Assembly: GCA_017557785.1 (NCBI GenBank)
Contig: JAFYYA010000050.1
Location: 32,281 to 96,280 of the forward strand
Reading direction: 5' to 3'
Origin: Salinivirgaceae bacterium
GTDB taxonomy: Bacteria; Bacteroidota; Bacteroidia; Bacteroidales; SZUA-534
DNA length: 64,000 bases
The notes under the pieces were generated by a model that was given only the letters and a program-made list of their open reading frames with translations, did no database searches and was not told the origin of the DNA. Positions 20,123 through 28,644 of this stretch are shown here, piece after piece; within the stretch, counting starts at the first letter, position 1, and every line of letters begins with the position of its first letter. The translations under genes and the position numbers were made by a program.

Positions 20123-21553
20123 TTATTTCTTCTCAATTGGTGTATAGCGGCCGCTCAGATGCATCAGAGCAAACAAGTTGAGCAAACCGTCGTAGTAAGC
20201 GTCGAAATAGCCGTCTTCGTATGGTTCGTGTTTCGAGTTCCAGAACTCGTTGATGAAGTCGCGGCTGTTGCGCAGCGGCTGTGTGAGAGACACTGCAGCA
20301 ACCGTGCCTACAAGGCCGATTGAGTGGCGCAGAGCCTTGTATCCGCCGGCTTCGGCAATGTTCTCAACAGGAGTGCCATCCAAGTTGTACTGGTCAACAA
20401 AAGTGTTCACACCCTGGCTGCGGAAGAATGTCTGCAGACGGTAGCCATAGTCAAACTGCCAGTCAGCATCGGCGCCGCTCCATGTATAGTCGAGAGCGAT
20501 GTTCATTGGCACGCGCCATGAGTCGAAGCGGAATTTTGCGCCCCAGTCACCGCGCGGCGGGGCCATCACTGTGCCGTCGTAGTTCGAGTAGTCGGGGTTC
20601 AGGCCGGTAATCGAGTCGCACGCACGGTGCAGATACTCACGCGATTTTTGTGCACATTCCAAATAGAAATCGGCACGGCCGTCTTCAGCATATTTAGCCC
20701 AAATCTCGTAGAAAGCAGGAATGTGGTACGACGGATCGGTGTAGCGTGCGCCAAAGCCGTCGGGCACAAAGGTGATGAGTTTCTCTTGTGTGTTGATGAT
20801 GTTCAGAATCTCTGGCTCCGGGAACTTCATACCCGGACGGAAAGCCGGCATCTGTGGTGCGCCGCCTTGGCCGGCTTTGGGTGCTTCGCCAGGTTTGCGG
20901 TCGGGTTTCTGGCCGTTGCCGTCAGGCTTCTGCTGCGGTGGGCGTTGTCCGCCAAACGGACCAAATCCGCCTTGATTCTCGCTGTAGCCTTTCTTGGCAA
21001 ACATCGCATTCAGAATGCGTTGTGCTTCAGCCAAGTAGTTGATATCGCCATCGTTGCCCCATTGGTTCGATGCCAGAATGAGCGAAGTGACATAGTAGAG
21101 TTCGCCGTCAGATGCTGAGCCGGGTGAGTTCTGCTCTCCGGTTGTTTTGCAACTCCATGCAAAATAACCATCGCGCGGGCCGCCTTGATGCTGCATGTAT
21201 TTCTGCGACCAACGCCACAGACGATTGAACATATCCTGCTTGTTCCACTGCACGGTAATCATCATGCCGTAACTCATACCTTCGGTGCGAACATCGTGGT
21301 TTTTCACGTCAGAGATGTATGCCATCGAGTCGCCGACTTCGAAATAAACCTTGTTGGGGCCTTCGAAAACATTGTAGAATGCTTCGTTCAGTTTGGCGTC
21401 GATTTGTTCTTGAGTGTAACCGGCTTCGAGCAGAAGATTGCGCGTCTGGCCGGGTTGCGGCTTATTTGCGGGGTCCGATGTCGGTGTCTCGTTGTTGCAC
21501 GATGCCAGCGAAAAAGCCATCGCGCAAGCCATAATCAAATTTGTTTTATTCAT
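20123..21553 (-). CDS. GH8 reducing-end xylose-releasing exo-oligoxylanase (Rex)-like lipoprotein
   Basis: Lipobox LASC; DVRTEGMSYGMM, GYFAWS, ASDGE, TDPSYHIPAFY, FDSWR, YYDGLL. Confidence 0.88.
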   Translation of the reverse strand: MNKTNLIMACAMAFSLASCNNETPTSDPANKPQPGQTRNLLLEAGYTQEQIDAKLNEAFYNVFEGPNKVYFEVGDSMAYISDVKNHDVRTEGMSYGMMITVQWNKQDMFNRLWRWSQKYMQHQGGPRDGYFAWSCKTTGEQNSPGSASDGELYYVTSLILASNQWGNDGDINYLAEAQRILNAMFAKKGYSENQGGFGPFGGQRPPQQKPDGNGQKPDRKPGEAPKAGQGGAPQMPAFRPGMKFPEPEILNIINTQEKLITFVPDGFGARYTDPSYHIPAFYEIWAKYAEDGRADFYLECAQKSREYLHRACDSITGLNPDYSNYDGTVMAPPRGDWGAKFRFDSWRVPMNIALDYTWSGADADWQFDYGYRLQTFFRSQGVNTFVDQYNLDGTPVENIAEAGGYKALRHSIGLVGTVAAVSLTQPLRNSRDFINEFWNSKHEPYEDGYFDAYYDGLLNLFALMHLSGRYTPIEKK

Positions 21554-21677
21554 AATTCTCAATTTTTGGTTCGTTTATGGCTGCCAAAGTATCTTATTAT
21601 AATATAAGGTGATTTTTAAAATCGATAAACCGACAATATTTGCCAACGAGATGGAAAGAAAGGGAAAAAATGAAATG

Positions 21678-21760
21678 GTCTTCAGTCTTTAGACTACGGA
21701 CTGCAGACAACAGACTTCGGACATCAAAATCAGTTAATCAATTAATCAGTAAATCAATCA
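21678..21760. repeat. (GACTACA)-type heptamer array plus AATCAGTT octamer array at DUF1848 3' end
   Basis: gactacg gactgca gacaaca gacttcg gacatca; aatcagtt aatcaatt aatcagta aatcaatc. Confidence 0.8.
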
Positions 21761-22825
21761 TTTCCCTGTGATTGTCTCTGATTTCCAGCCTGTTTCGCGG
21801 GCGCGGGCAAAGTTGCGAAGGGCGGCTTCCTTGCTTGTGTTGGCGTAGCAATACTCGCATTGGTGCGGACAGGTGTTGTATTCGCCAATGTCTTTGCTCA
21901 TAATGCAGCCGCAGGCGGGGCGTTGGCCTTTGTCGCGGTTGTCTTTCCGCTTGATGGCATACAGATTATCGTTGATAATCAGTGCGTTTTGCGGTAGTGG
22001 TTCTTCGCCGAAAAGCGACACTTCGCGCGTGTGGATTTCCACGCCCAGAAAGCCCATCAGTGCCTTGTCGTTGTGGGCAAAGCGAATCATCAAGTCGTCA
22101 TCAACGCAGCGGTTGTGTTGGATGCCATATTGCTCAATATCAATCTTTTCGCCGCAGGTGGCAAGTTTGTAGTTCCATTGTTGGTTGAGTTCCGAAAGTT
22201 GCCGCGCAAATTGGTCCATCTGTTCAACGGTCCATTCGGAATAGTTCACGCGGTTGCGCTCAAGATTGGTCTTCACCTTTTTATACAAGGCAATGTCGGC
22301 AAAACTGAAAACAAGTTTTTCGGTATAGCCATTGAGTTGATTGCCAATGTGTTCAATTTTCTGCAAGAGCGTTTCGGGCGTGATTTTGTCAGTGAGAATC
22401 AGCGGGTCGAAGCGCCAGACAACGCGGCCTTTGCCCAATGTGTCAACCAGCCTTCGGAAGGTGTCGATACGGTGGGCAAGGGGCGGCACACCTCGCTCAA
22501 GGCCTTCGGTTTCGTAGTCGTTCAGTGTGAATTGAATGTAGCAACCGATATTGCGTTCTTTCAGATAATCAATGTGTTGCAGCAGCGGTTCGGGGTTCTT
22601 CGACCAAAAGACAATGAACCGCGTGTTTTGGTACGACACAAAACTCTGCGCGCCGTTGAACGGGTTGGTCCACGCCGAGTAGCCGACCTTGAGCCTGTGG
22701 AAGAACCAGTCGGCGTAGAAGGCGGGAATGTCGGTCGAGCGGCTTGCTGAGACAATCACAGGCGCCTGCGCTTCAGCCATCGCGCCGTTCTCTCGCTCAA
22801 TTCGTATCTTATTCCATTGTGCCAT
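21758..22825 (-). CDS. DUF1848 domain protein (C-terminal CxxxCxYC Fe-S motif)
   Basis: IVSASRSTDIPAFY, VFWSKNP, WRFDP, CGCIMSKDIGEYNTCPHQCEYCYAN. Confidence 0.9.
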   Translation of the reverse strand: MAQWNKIRIERENGAMAEAQAPVIVSASRSTDIPAFYADWFFHRLKVGYSAWTNPFNGAQSFVSYQNTRFIVFWSKNPEPLLQHIDYLKERNIGCYIQFTLNDYETEGLERGVPPLAHRIDTFRRLVDTLGKGRVVWRFDPLILTDKITPETLLQKIEHIGNQLNGYTEKLVFSFADIALYKKVKTNLERNRVNYSEWTVEQMDQFARQLSELNQQWNYKLATCGEKIDIEQYGIQHNRCVDDDLMIRFAHNDKALMGFLGVEIHTREVSLFGEEPLPQNALIINDNLYAIKRKDNRDKGQRPACGCIMSKDIGEYNTCPHQCEYCYANTSKEAALRNFARARETGWKSETITGK

Positions 22826-22955
22826 AGCGGTTTATTGTCGGTTTTGTTAAATGCCCGCAACAGTCAAAGGTAATGAAAAAATGTGGCTAAAATGCACCAA
22901 TTGTATGTTTCGGGTGACCTGAAGGTCGCTCGCGTGGACGGACAATAGACCTTTT

Positions 22956-22999
22956 TTCAGTCATTACAACATTCACACATTCAGTCCTTCAATCCTTCA
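22956..22999. repeat. Octamer tandem array overlapping MATE stop codon
   Basis: ttcagtc attacaac attcacac attcagtc cttcaatc cttcaatt. Confidence 0.75.
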
Positions 23000-24328
23000 A
23001 TTTCCCGCCCTGTTCCGTCTGTAAAGCGGCACAGCCAGCAGAAAGGTCAGAAAATCGGATAGGGGTTGGGCGGCAATGATGCCCATCAGGCCGTAGAAGT
23101 GCGCGCCAACCACAAGCAGCGGCAGGAAGAACAAGCCCTGGCGGGCAACGGCCACAAGCAGAGCGCCAGCAGTGTGGCGGGTTGTCTGCAAATACATATT
23201 AGTCAGCACAATAAATCCGTTAAGAATGTAGGTGCAGCAGTGGAATTTTAGCACTAGGGCGCCAAGGCTTATCACATCGGTGTCGGCAACGCTGAAGAGC
23301 GACACAATGGCATCGGCAAAGACGATTCCCGCAGCGGCAACCGCACCGCAATAGGCCGTCGAGACTGCGACGCTGAACTTGAAAGCGCGGCTAACACGCT
23401 GATAGAGCCCCGCACCGTAGTTGAATCCGCACACGGGTTGGAATCCCTGCCCAAAGCCAAGCAGAGCGGCCGTAGCAAACATCATTATTCGTCCGACAAC
23501 CGAAAAAGCCGCCACCGCCGAATCGCCGTAATGGCTTGCGTAGTTGTTCAGACAGATGCTCACAATGGCCATCAGGCATTGCCGCACAAGCGATGGCGAG
23601 CCACCCGCAAAAATCTCGTTGTAGCGTTCGGCAGATGGTTTGAAATTGCTGATTTTTAGTCGGATTCCACCGCGCAATCCCGTCATTTTCAGCATTATGA
23701 CAAAACTTACGAATTGCGACAGAGCCGTGGCCAGGCCAGCACCGCCAATGCCCATATCGAGCGTGAAAATGAACAGTGGGTCGAGAACAATGTTGAGCGT
23801 GGCGCCAATCATCACGCCAACCATCGACATTGCCGCGTTGCCCTGAAAGCGCATCTGGTTGTTCATCACAAAAACGCCCGTAATGAACGGTGTTCCAGCC
23901 AGAATCCAGAAGAAATACTCTTTTGCGCGCGGCATAATGGTGGGGGTTGAGCCGAACAAGGTCAGCACGGGTTCCATCAGCGCCAACCCGACGCCGGCAA
24001 TGCACGTTGTGAACGCAATGGCGGTGAAGAAGCCAGTGGACGCCATTGTTGCGGCCTGTTCTGACTTCTGCGCGCCCAAAGCCCGCGATATGAAATTGCC
24101 CGAGCCGTGGCCAAAGAAGAACGAAACGGCTTGAATGATAGCCATATATGAGAATACGATGCCCAGGGCGGCTGTCGATTGCGTGTCGATGCGGCCCACA
24201 AAATAGGTATCGACAATGTTGTAGAATGCGCTCACGAGCATACACACCATCGACGGCACGGCAAACTCGCAAACCAGTCGGCCGACGGGTTGGGTGGTGA
24301 TTTTCGTGAATTTTTCGTGCTGATTCAT
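22997..24328 (-). CDS. MATE family efflux transporter
   Basis: FYNIVDTYFVG, NIVLDPLFIF, MGIGGAGLAT, GFQPVCGFNYGA; ~12 TM. Confidence 0.93.
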   Translation of the reverse strand: MNQHEKFTKITTQPVGRLVCEFAVPSMVCMLVSAFYNIVDTYFVGRIDTQSTAALGIVFSYMAIIQAVSFFFGHGSGNFISRALGAQKSEQAATMASTGFFTAIAFTTCIAGVGLALMEPVLTLFGSTPTIMPRAKEYFFWILAGTPFITGVFVMNNQMRFQGNAAMSMVGVMIGATLNIVLDPLFIFTLDMGIGGAGLATALSQFVSFVIMLKMTGLRGGIRLKISNFKPSAERYNEIFAGGSPSLVRQCLMAIVSICLNNYASHYGDSAVAAFSVVGRIMMFATAALLGFGQGFQPVCGFNYGAGLYQRVSRAFKFSVAVSTAYCGAVAAAGIVFADAIVSLFSVADTDVISLGALVLKFHCCTYILNGFIVLTNMYLQTTRHTAGALLVAVARQGLFFLPLLVVGAHFYGLMGIIAAQPLSDFLTFLLAVPLYRRNRAGN

Positions 24329-24539
24329 CGCTTTTCTCGTTCTGTGGTGCAAAAATATGGCACTTCGGCGGCTGCCCTACATCGCGAAAGCGAAAAAAAT
24401 GATTATTTTATTTCATTGATTATCAAATCGTTGAGCAAAAATTGAAAAATTTTTGCAAAAAAAACGCATTTCAAGGTAGGGTAATGTGCGGTTTGATTGT
24501 CTTATAGGTGTAAAAACGATAACAAAAAAGACACAATAT

Positions 24540-24782
24540 ATGGAACGTCAAGTTAGATTAGGAATGTACAGAGTGCTTCGCAAGGTGGGTGTTAACCGCC
24601 AGGATATTATGCCAGAAGCTTCATTTTCAAATGATTTGTTCTTTGACGAGATTGATTGGAAATGTTTCCTTTGCTTTGTTGAAGAGCGGTTCCACATTCT
24701 TCTCGGTGACGACGAGATTCGTCAACTTGTGACCGTTGAGAATTCGATTGAATTGGTGAATAAGCATTTGTCGCTTAATTAA
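24540..24782 (+). CDS. Acyl-carrier-protein-like small protein lacking the phosphopantetheine serine
   Basis: 80 aa; IMPEASFSNDLFFDEIDWKCFLCFVEERFHILLGDDEIRQLVTV aligns by eye to ACP consensus ItpeasF.eDLGaDSLD.velvm.lEeeF.i.ipdeea..i.TV. Confidence 0.7.
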   Translation: MERQVRLGMYRVLRKVGVNRQDIMPEASFSNDLFFDEIDWKCFLCFVEERFHILLGDDEIRQLVTVENSIELVNKHLSLN

Positions 24783-24804
24783 TTAGTTTTTAGTTTGAAA
24801 GACG

Positions 24805-24832
24805 AAGGCCTTTCGCGCGAGCGGAAGGCCTT
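24805..24832 (+). terminator. Hairpin downstream of ACP-like gene
   Basis: AAGGCCTTTCGC-GCGA-GCGGAAGGCCTT. Confidence 0.6.
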
Positions 24833-24850
24833 TGGCGGTTTGGGGACAAG

Positions 24851-24899
24851 TGAAGGACTGAAGTCCCGATAGCTATCGGGATGAATAACTGAATAACTG
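24851..24899. repeat. Octamer array containing perfect 18-bp palindrome TCCCGATAGCTATCGGGA (24864-24881)
   Basis: tgaaggac tgaag[tcccgatagctatcggga]tgaataac tgaataac tg. Confidence 0.8.
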
Positions 24900-25025
24900 T
24901 GGGAAATTGGGGGCGGGGCGATTTTTATCTTTGTCGTTGGGGCGAAAAAAATCTCACAACATATCATAAAATAGAGAAAAACGGCTATTCTTGTATCTGT
25001 AATGATAGAAGGTGAGAGCTTTATT

Positions 25026-25361
25026 ATGACAGATTTTATTGCCTATTGCGGATTGGATTGCGAGAAGTGCGAAGCGCGTTTGGCCACAATCAACAACGAT
25101 GACCGTCTGCGCAATAAAGTGGCGCGGCTTTGGTCGGAACTGAACCACGTGGAAATCACGCCTGAAATGATAAACTGCACGGGCTGCCGAATAGCGGGCG
25201 CCAAAACGCCATTCTGCGAGTCGATGTGCCCGATAAGGCTGTGCGCCAAAGGGCGGGGCTACGACACCTGCGGCTCTTGCGTCGAAATTGACGGCTGCAA
25301 AAAACTTGCTATGGTCACGGCCAACAACACGGAAGCACTCAACCGCTTGAAACAAAAATAG
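25026..25361 (+). CDS. DUF3795 cysteine-rich protein
   Basis: IAYCGLDCEKC, CTGCR, CPIRLCA, CGSC...C pattern. Confidence 0.85.
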   Translation: MTDFIAYCGLDCEKCEARLATINNDDRLRNKVARLWSELNHVEITPEMINCTGCRIAGAKTPFCESMCPIRLCAKGRGYDTCGSCVEIDGCKKLAMVTANNTEALNRLKQK

Positions 25362-25363
25362 AT

Positions 25364-25984
25364 ATGAAGCACGAAATCGACCCGAAAGAGACCAGCCGCG
25401 CGCAGGCTTTCAGCCTTTGGATGACTTCGCCAATGCCGATGGTGACGCTCACTAAAACTTTCGATGTTACTCGCATTCAGAAGGTTAGCCGCAAAAAGCG
25501 GATGAAGTTCAATATGCTTTTGTGTTGGTGCGCGGGCAAGGCTGCGAGCAAGATTGACGAATTCTACACTCTGCCCGAAGGCGGAAAACTCTTCCGCTAC
25601 GACCGTTTGGCCGTCAACGTGATTGTGAACAACGCGCGTGGCGGTATCAATTCGTGCGACATTCCGTACAGCGATGATATAGAGCAGTTTAACGCCGATT
25701 ATATTGCCCGCACGCAGGCGGCAGCCGAATCGTGCGAAAGCAGTTTTGAAGATGGCGCAATGATTGTCGGCACGTCGGCTATGACCGCCACAGAACTTGA
25801 CAGCATTGTCAATCAGTACACCGACAAATTCAGCAACCCAATGTTGATGTGGGGCCGCTACCGCAAGGGATTGTTTAAAACCACTCTGCCCATATCGTTC
25901 CAGTTTCACCACGTTCAGATGGACGGCGGCCAAGCGACACGGTTTCTTGAAGAGTTGCAAAGGGTGATAAACTCAATCAAATGA
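25364..25984 (+). CDS. CatA-like (chloramphenicol acetyltransferase fold) O-acetyltransferase
   Basis: PMLMWGRY, LPISFQFHHVQMDG (HHxxxDG catalytic motif). Confidence 0.8.
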   Translation: MKHEIDPKETSRAQAFSLWMTSPMPMVTLTKTFDVTRIQKVSRKKRMKFNMLLCWCAGKAASKIDEFYTLPEGGKLFRYDRLAVNVIVNNARGGINSCDIPYSDDIEQFNADYIARTQAAAESCESSFEDGAMIVGTSAMTATELDSIVNQYTDKFSNPMLMWGRYRKGLFKTTLPISFQFHHVQMDGGQATRFLEELQRVINSIK

Positions 25985-25991
25985 CCCGATT

Positions 25992-26675
25992 ATGTGCACA
26001 AGCATAGTAGTGAACAAGCGGAAGACCATTGTCGGGTGGAATCTCGACATTATGGATTTTGAGTACCGAATCCGACCGACCGACGATGGTGTTTACATTG
26101 AAATCAACGATGCCACCGAAGGGTGGATGCCGCTTTTCGGGGCCAACCGCCGCGGCGATTTTGTCGGGATGCCGACCTGTTGGCCGCACAACGAGCGCAG
26201 CAATCCCGTCGGCGGCGACACCAACATTATAATGCTGAATATCGACCTGCTTCTGATGAAAATGACATTGCAGCAGGTTCTTGATTTTGTGCAGACAAAC
26301 AGAGTCTGCAGCGTGCCAGGGCTAACGTTTATGTCTTCATTGTCAGACAGCAGCGGCAACGTGCTGCATATTGTTCCAGGGCGCGGGTTCAAGTACTACG
26401 AGAAGCCCGATTACAAGATAATGACCAATTTTCCGCCGTTTGTGCCGACACCGCTGCAGCACCCGTGGATGGGGCTCGACCGCTATCAGAAGGCGGAAAG
26501 TCTGCTCGCCGCGGCCACCGACAATTTTGATGTTGACGACTGCTTCAGTGTGCTCAAAGAAGTGTCGCAAACCGTTTGTCCCACAGTGATTTCGATGTTT
26601 TACGATGTGACCGAGAAAACCGTCTATTGGTGCTACGACCGCAACTACAGCCAGATTGAGACTAAAAGGTTTTGA
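25992..26675 (+). CDS. N-terminal nucleophile (Cys) hydrolase, choloylglycine hydrolase/C45-like
   Basis: Begins MCTS; GWNLD, GAN..G, MTNF, DRY motifs. Confidence 0.7.
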   Translation: MCTSIVVNKRKTIVGWNLDIMDFEYRIRPTDDGVYIEINDATEGWMPLFGANRRGDFVGMPTCWPHNERSNPVGGDTNIIMLNIDLLLMKMTLQQVLDFVQTNRVCSVPGLTFMSSLSDSSGNVLHIVPGRGFKYYEKPDYKIMTNFPPFVPTPLQHPWMGLDRYQKAESLLAAATDNFDVDDCFSVLKEVSQTVCPTVISMFYDVTEKTVYWCYDRNYSQIETKRF

Positions 26676-26937
26676 TATTGTAACACAAAGACAATCAATT
26701 TGATTTCAGTTGATGATAAGCACAAAAAGAAAGTTGTTTGTCGTTTCAAGCATTATTTACTAATATTGTTTCCGTTTGCAGAAAAGACTATTATTGAATA
26801 CTGATTTGCAACAATATGTTGAAACAAAAGTGATTTATATAAAAGTTATTGTGTGATTAAAAACTTATAACTGCCAATGAAATAAACAGATAGTAATGTA
26901 CATATTTTAAATAGGGAAAAGCAAGTAGTTTGATTTG

Positions 26938-27065
26938 GATTCTTTGAAACTTCGACACTTTCAAATAGTCTGTCCAAAATCGGATAACGATGTGATTCAC
27001 GCCTTTTGGCGTGGTATTATTCGTTGTAGTTGGATAGACACGGCAGTCGAAGGCCTCAAAGAGTC
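26938..27065 (+). ncRNA. Candidate structured RNA: 128-nt nested imperfect hairpin upstream of OM protein gene
   Basis: Five nested helices: GATTCTTTGA/TCAAAGAGTC, CTTCGAC/GTCGAAG, GTCTGTCCAA/TTGGATAGAC, CGGATAA/TTATTCG, CACGCC-TTTT-GGCGTG; mismatches are G-U wobbles on + strand. Confidence 0.5.
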
Positions 27066-27181
27066 TGATGAACACGAAATTAGTATCACGCTTTTTTTAT
27101 ATGTGCATTTTTCCTCTGATACGGCGCTTCCGAAAAGCCTTACGAGTAGGAAATAATTGTATTACTATATATTGTTTGAAT

Positions 27182-27913
27182 ATGAAAAAGATATTTATAC
27201 TACCATTGTTGCTTTTGCTTTGTGTAACGGCTTATTCTCAAAAAGGAAGTGACATTGTTTATCTGAAAAACGGGAGCAAGATAAAGGGAACAATAATTGA
27301 GCAAGTTCCAAATGTGTCGTTGAAAATACAATCAGGCGAAAATGTTTTTGTATATCAGATGGATGAAGTGGAAAAGATTGTTAAAGAGCAATTACAAACC
27401 AAAAACAATCTTTCGGAACCAGTTGAACTGAAAATAAATTACCCAAACAAGGGCTACCGTGGTTTTGGCGAAATAAACATTGGTGCAGGAAAGGATGGTG
27501 TTGATACAGAGTTTAATCATATTGGTTTTTTATCTGTTCACGGTTATCAATTTAATTCAAAACTATTTGTCGGTGGCGGAGCAGGTTTTTATGATTATTA
27601 TAACGACAATGATGATGTCATTATGATACCATTGTTTGCTGATGTCAGGTTAGATATGGTTCCGTCAGGCATATCACCATTCCTTGATGTGCGATTAGGT
27701 TATTCCATTGGGGATAATGAAGGAGTATATTTTGCACCTTCGTTTGGTGTCCGTTTTTCGAAGTTTCATATATCTGCAGGCTATTTGCTGCAAGGGTATT
27801 ACTATGAAGTAAACCAAAAAACGGCAGCAACAGATGTCGGATTTACCAAATCATTTTTTGCTCGTATAGCAATAGATTGGGGAGCAAGATACAAGTATGT
27901 TAACGTTGATTAA
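27182..27913 (+). CDS. Hypothetical outer-membrane beta-barrel protein, AT-rich
   Basis: Signal peptide; DIVYLKNGSKIKGTI N-domain; HGYQFNSKLFVGGGAG, IPLFADVR, PFLDVRLGY barrel strands. Confidence 0.75.
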   Translation: MKKIFILPLLLLLCVTAYSQKGSDIVYLKNGSKIKGTIIEQVPNVSLKIQSGENVFVYQMDEVEKIVKEQLQTKNNLSEPVELKINYPNKGYRGFGEINIGAGKDGVDTEFNHIGFLSVHGYQFNSKLFVGGGAGFYDYYNDNDDVIMIPLFADVRLDMVPSGISPFLDVRLGYSIGDNEGVYFAPSFGVRFSKFHISAGYLLQGYYYEVNQKTAATDVGFTKSFFARIAIDWGARYKYVNVD

Positions 27914-27933
27914 CAACCTAAAAAGACAGAGAT

Positions 27934-28449
27934 ATGAAAAAGATATTGTTGTTTATGGCATTTGTATTTTGCTTTACAAATGCTTTCGGCAAAAAGAAAA
28001 TCGAAGTCGCTTACGGAAACATTACGGTGTTGAAAGAAGTGGCTACAGCAAAATTCGTGTTAGATTTGGATGAAACCACTTGGGAAGGTAAAGAAAACTA
28101 CAAGCAACGACTTGGGGACAAATTCCCTGAAAGGTTTAAACTTTCTAATGATGCTTTTGTTAGATACTTTAACGCAACGACAAAAGGTTTGAAGATAACC
28201 GATGATGAAGATGCTAAATATACAATAATCTTTAAAGTTGTTGATTTAGAGCAATATATGGGGGCTTATGGTAGGTTTGCCAAATACATACTCGGAACAA
28301 TAGATATTGTTGACAATTCGACGAAAAATGTGGTATGCAGTGTTAATGTAAAACGGCTTGAAGGTAGTGCTGATTACACGGTTCCAGGCAGAATTGAAAA
28401 AGCCTATTCAACTGTCGCTATAAAACTAAATGAATTGAATAAAAAATAG
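27934..28449 (+). CDS. Hypothetical secreted protein, AT-rich
   Basis: 171 aa ORF with signal peptide MKKILLFMAFVFCFTNAFG, co-oriented with upstream gene. Confidence 0.7.
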   Translation: MKKILLFMAFVFCFTNAFGKKKIEVAYGNITVLKEVATAKFVLDLDETTWEGKENYKQRLGDKFPERFKLSNDAFVRYFNATTKGLKITDDEDAKYTIIFKVVDLEQYMGAYGRFAKYILGTIDIVDNSTKNVVCSVNVKRLEGSADYTVPGRIEKAYSTVAIKLNELNKK

Positions 28450-28461
28450 TTGGGAATAGAC

Positions 28462-28506
28462 AACAGCCACAATTGCAGGCCAAATTAGAATGCATTTGTG
28501 GCTGTT
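28462..28506. terminator. Hairpin between convergent genes
   Basis: AACAGCCACAA-TTGCA...TGCAT-TTGTGGCTGTT. Confidence 0.7.
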
Positions 28507-28522
28507 ATTTTGTTTGATTCAA

Positions 28523-28635
28523 ATAATCTGCGCAAATCCATTCAATCTGCGTTATCTGCGTTCCTCAAAACAACTATAATTCTGTGAAACTCTGTGTTCC
28601 CGATAGTTATCGGGGCTGTGTCGTCTGTGCGTGCA
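28523..28635. repeat. ATCTGCG/CTCTGTG nonamer arrays with second copy of the palindrome (TCCCGATAGTTATCGGGG, 28598-28615)
   Basis: aatctgcgc aaatccatt caatctgcg ttatctgcg ttcc; ttctgtgaa actctgtgt[palindrome]ctgtgt cgtctgtg. Confidence 0.8.
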
Positions 28636-28644
28636 ATTGCCGCC

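Noticed and set aside
25364-25984. Calling the CatA-like gene a chloramphenicol resistance gene (cat)
   Set aside because: Only the fold motif is visible; it is divergent from characterised CATs, so no gene symbol assigned.
27068-27181. Upstream extension of the OM barrel ORF
   Set aside because: The signal peptide starts at ATG 27182 (MKKIFILPLL); the extension is probably leader sequence.
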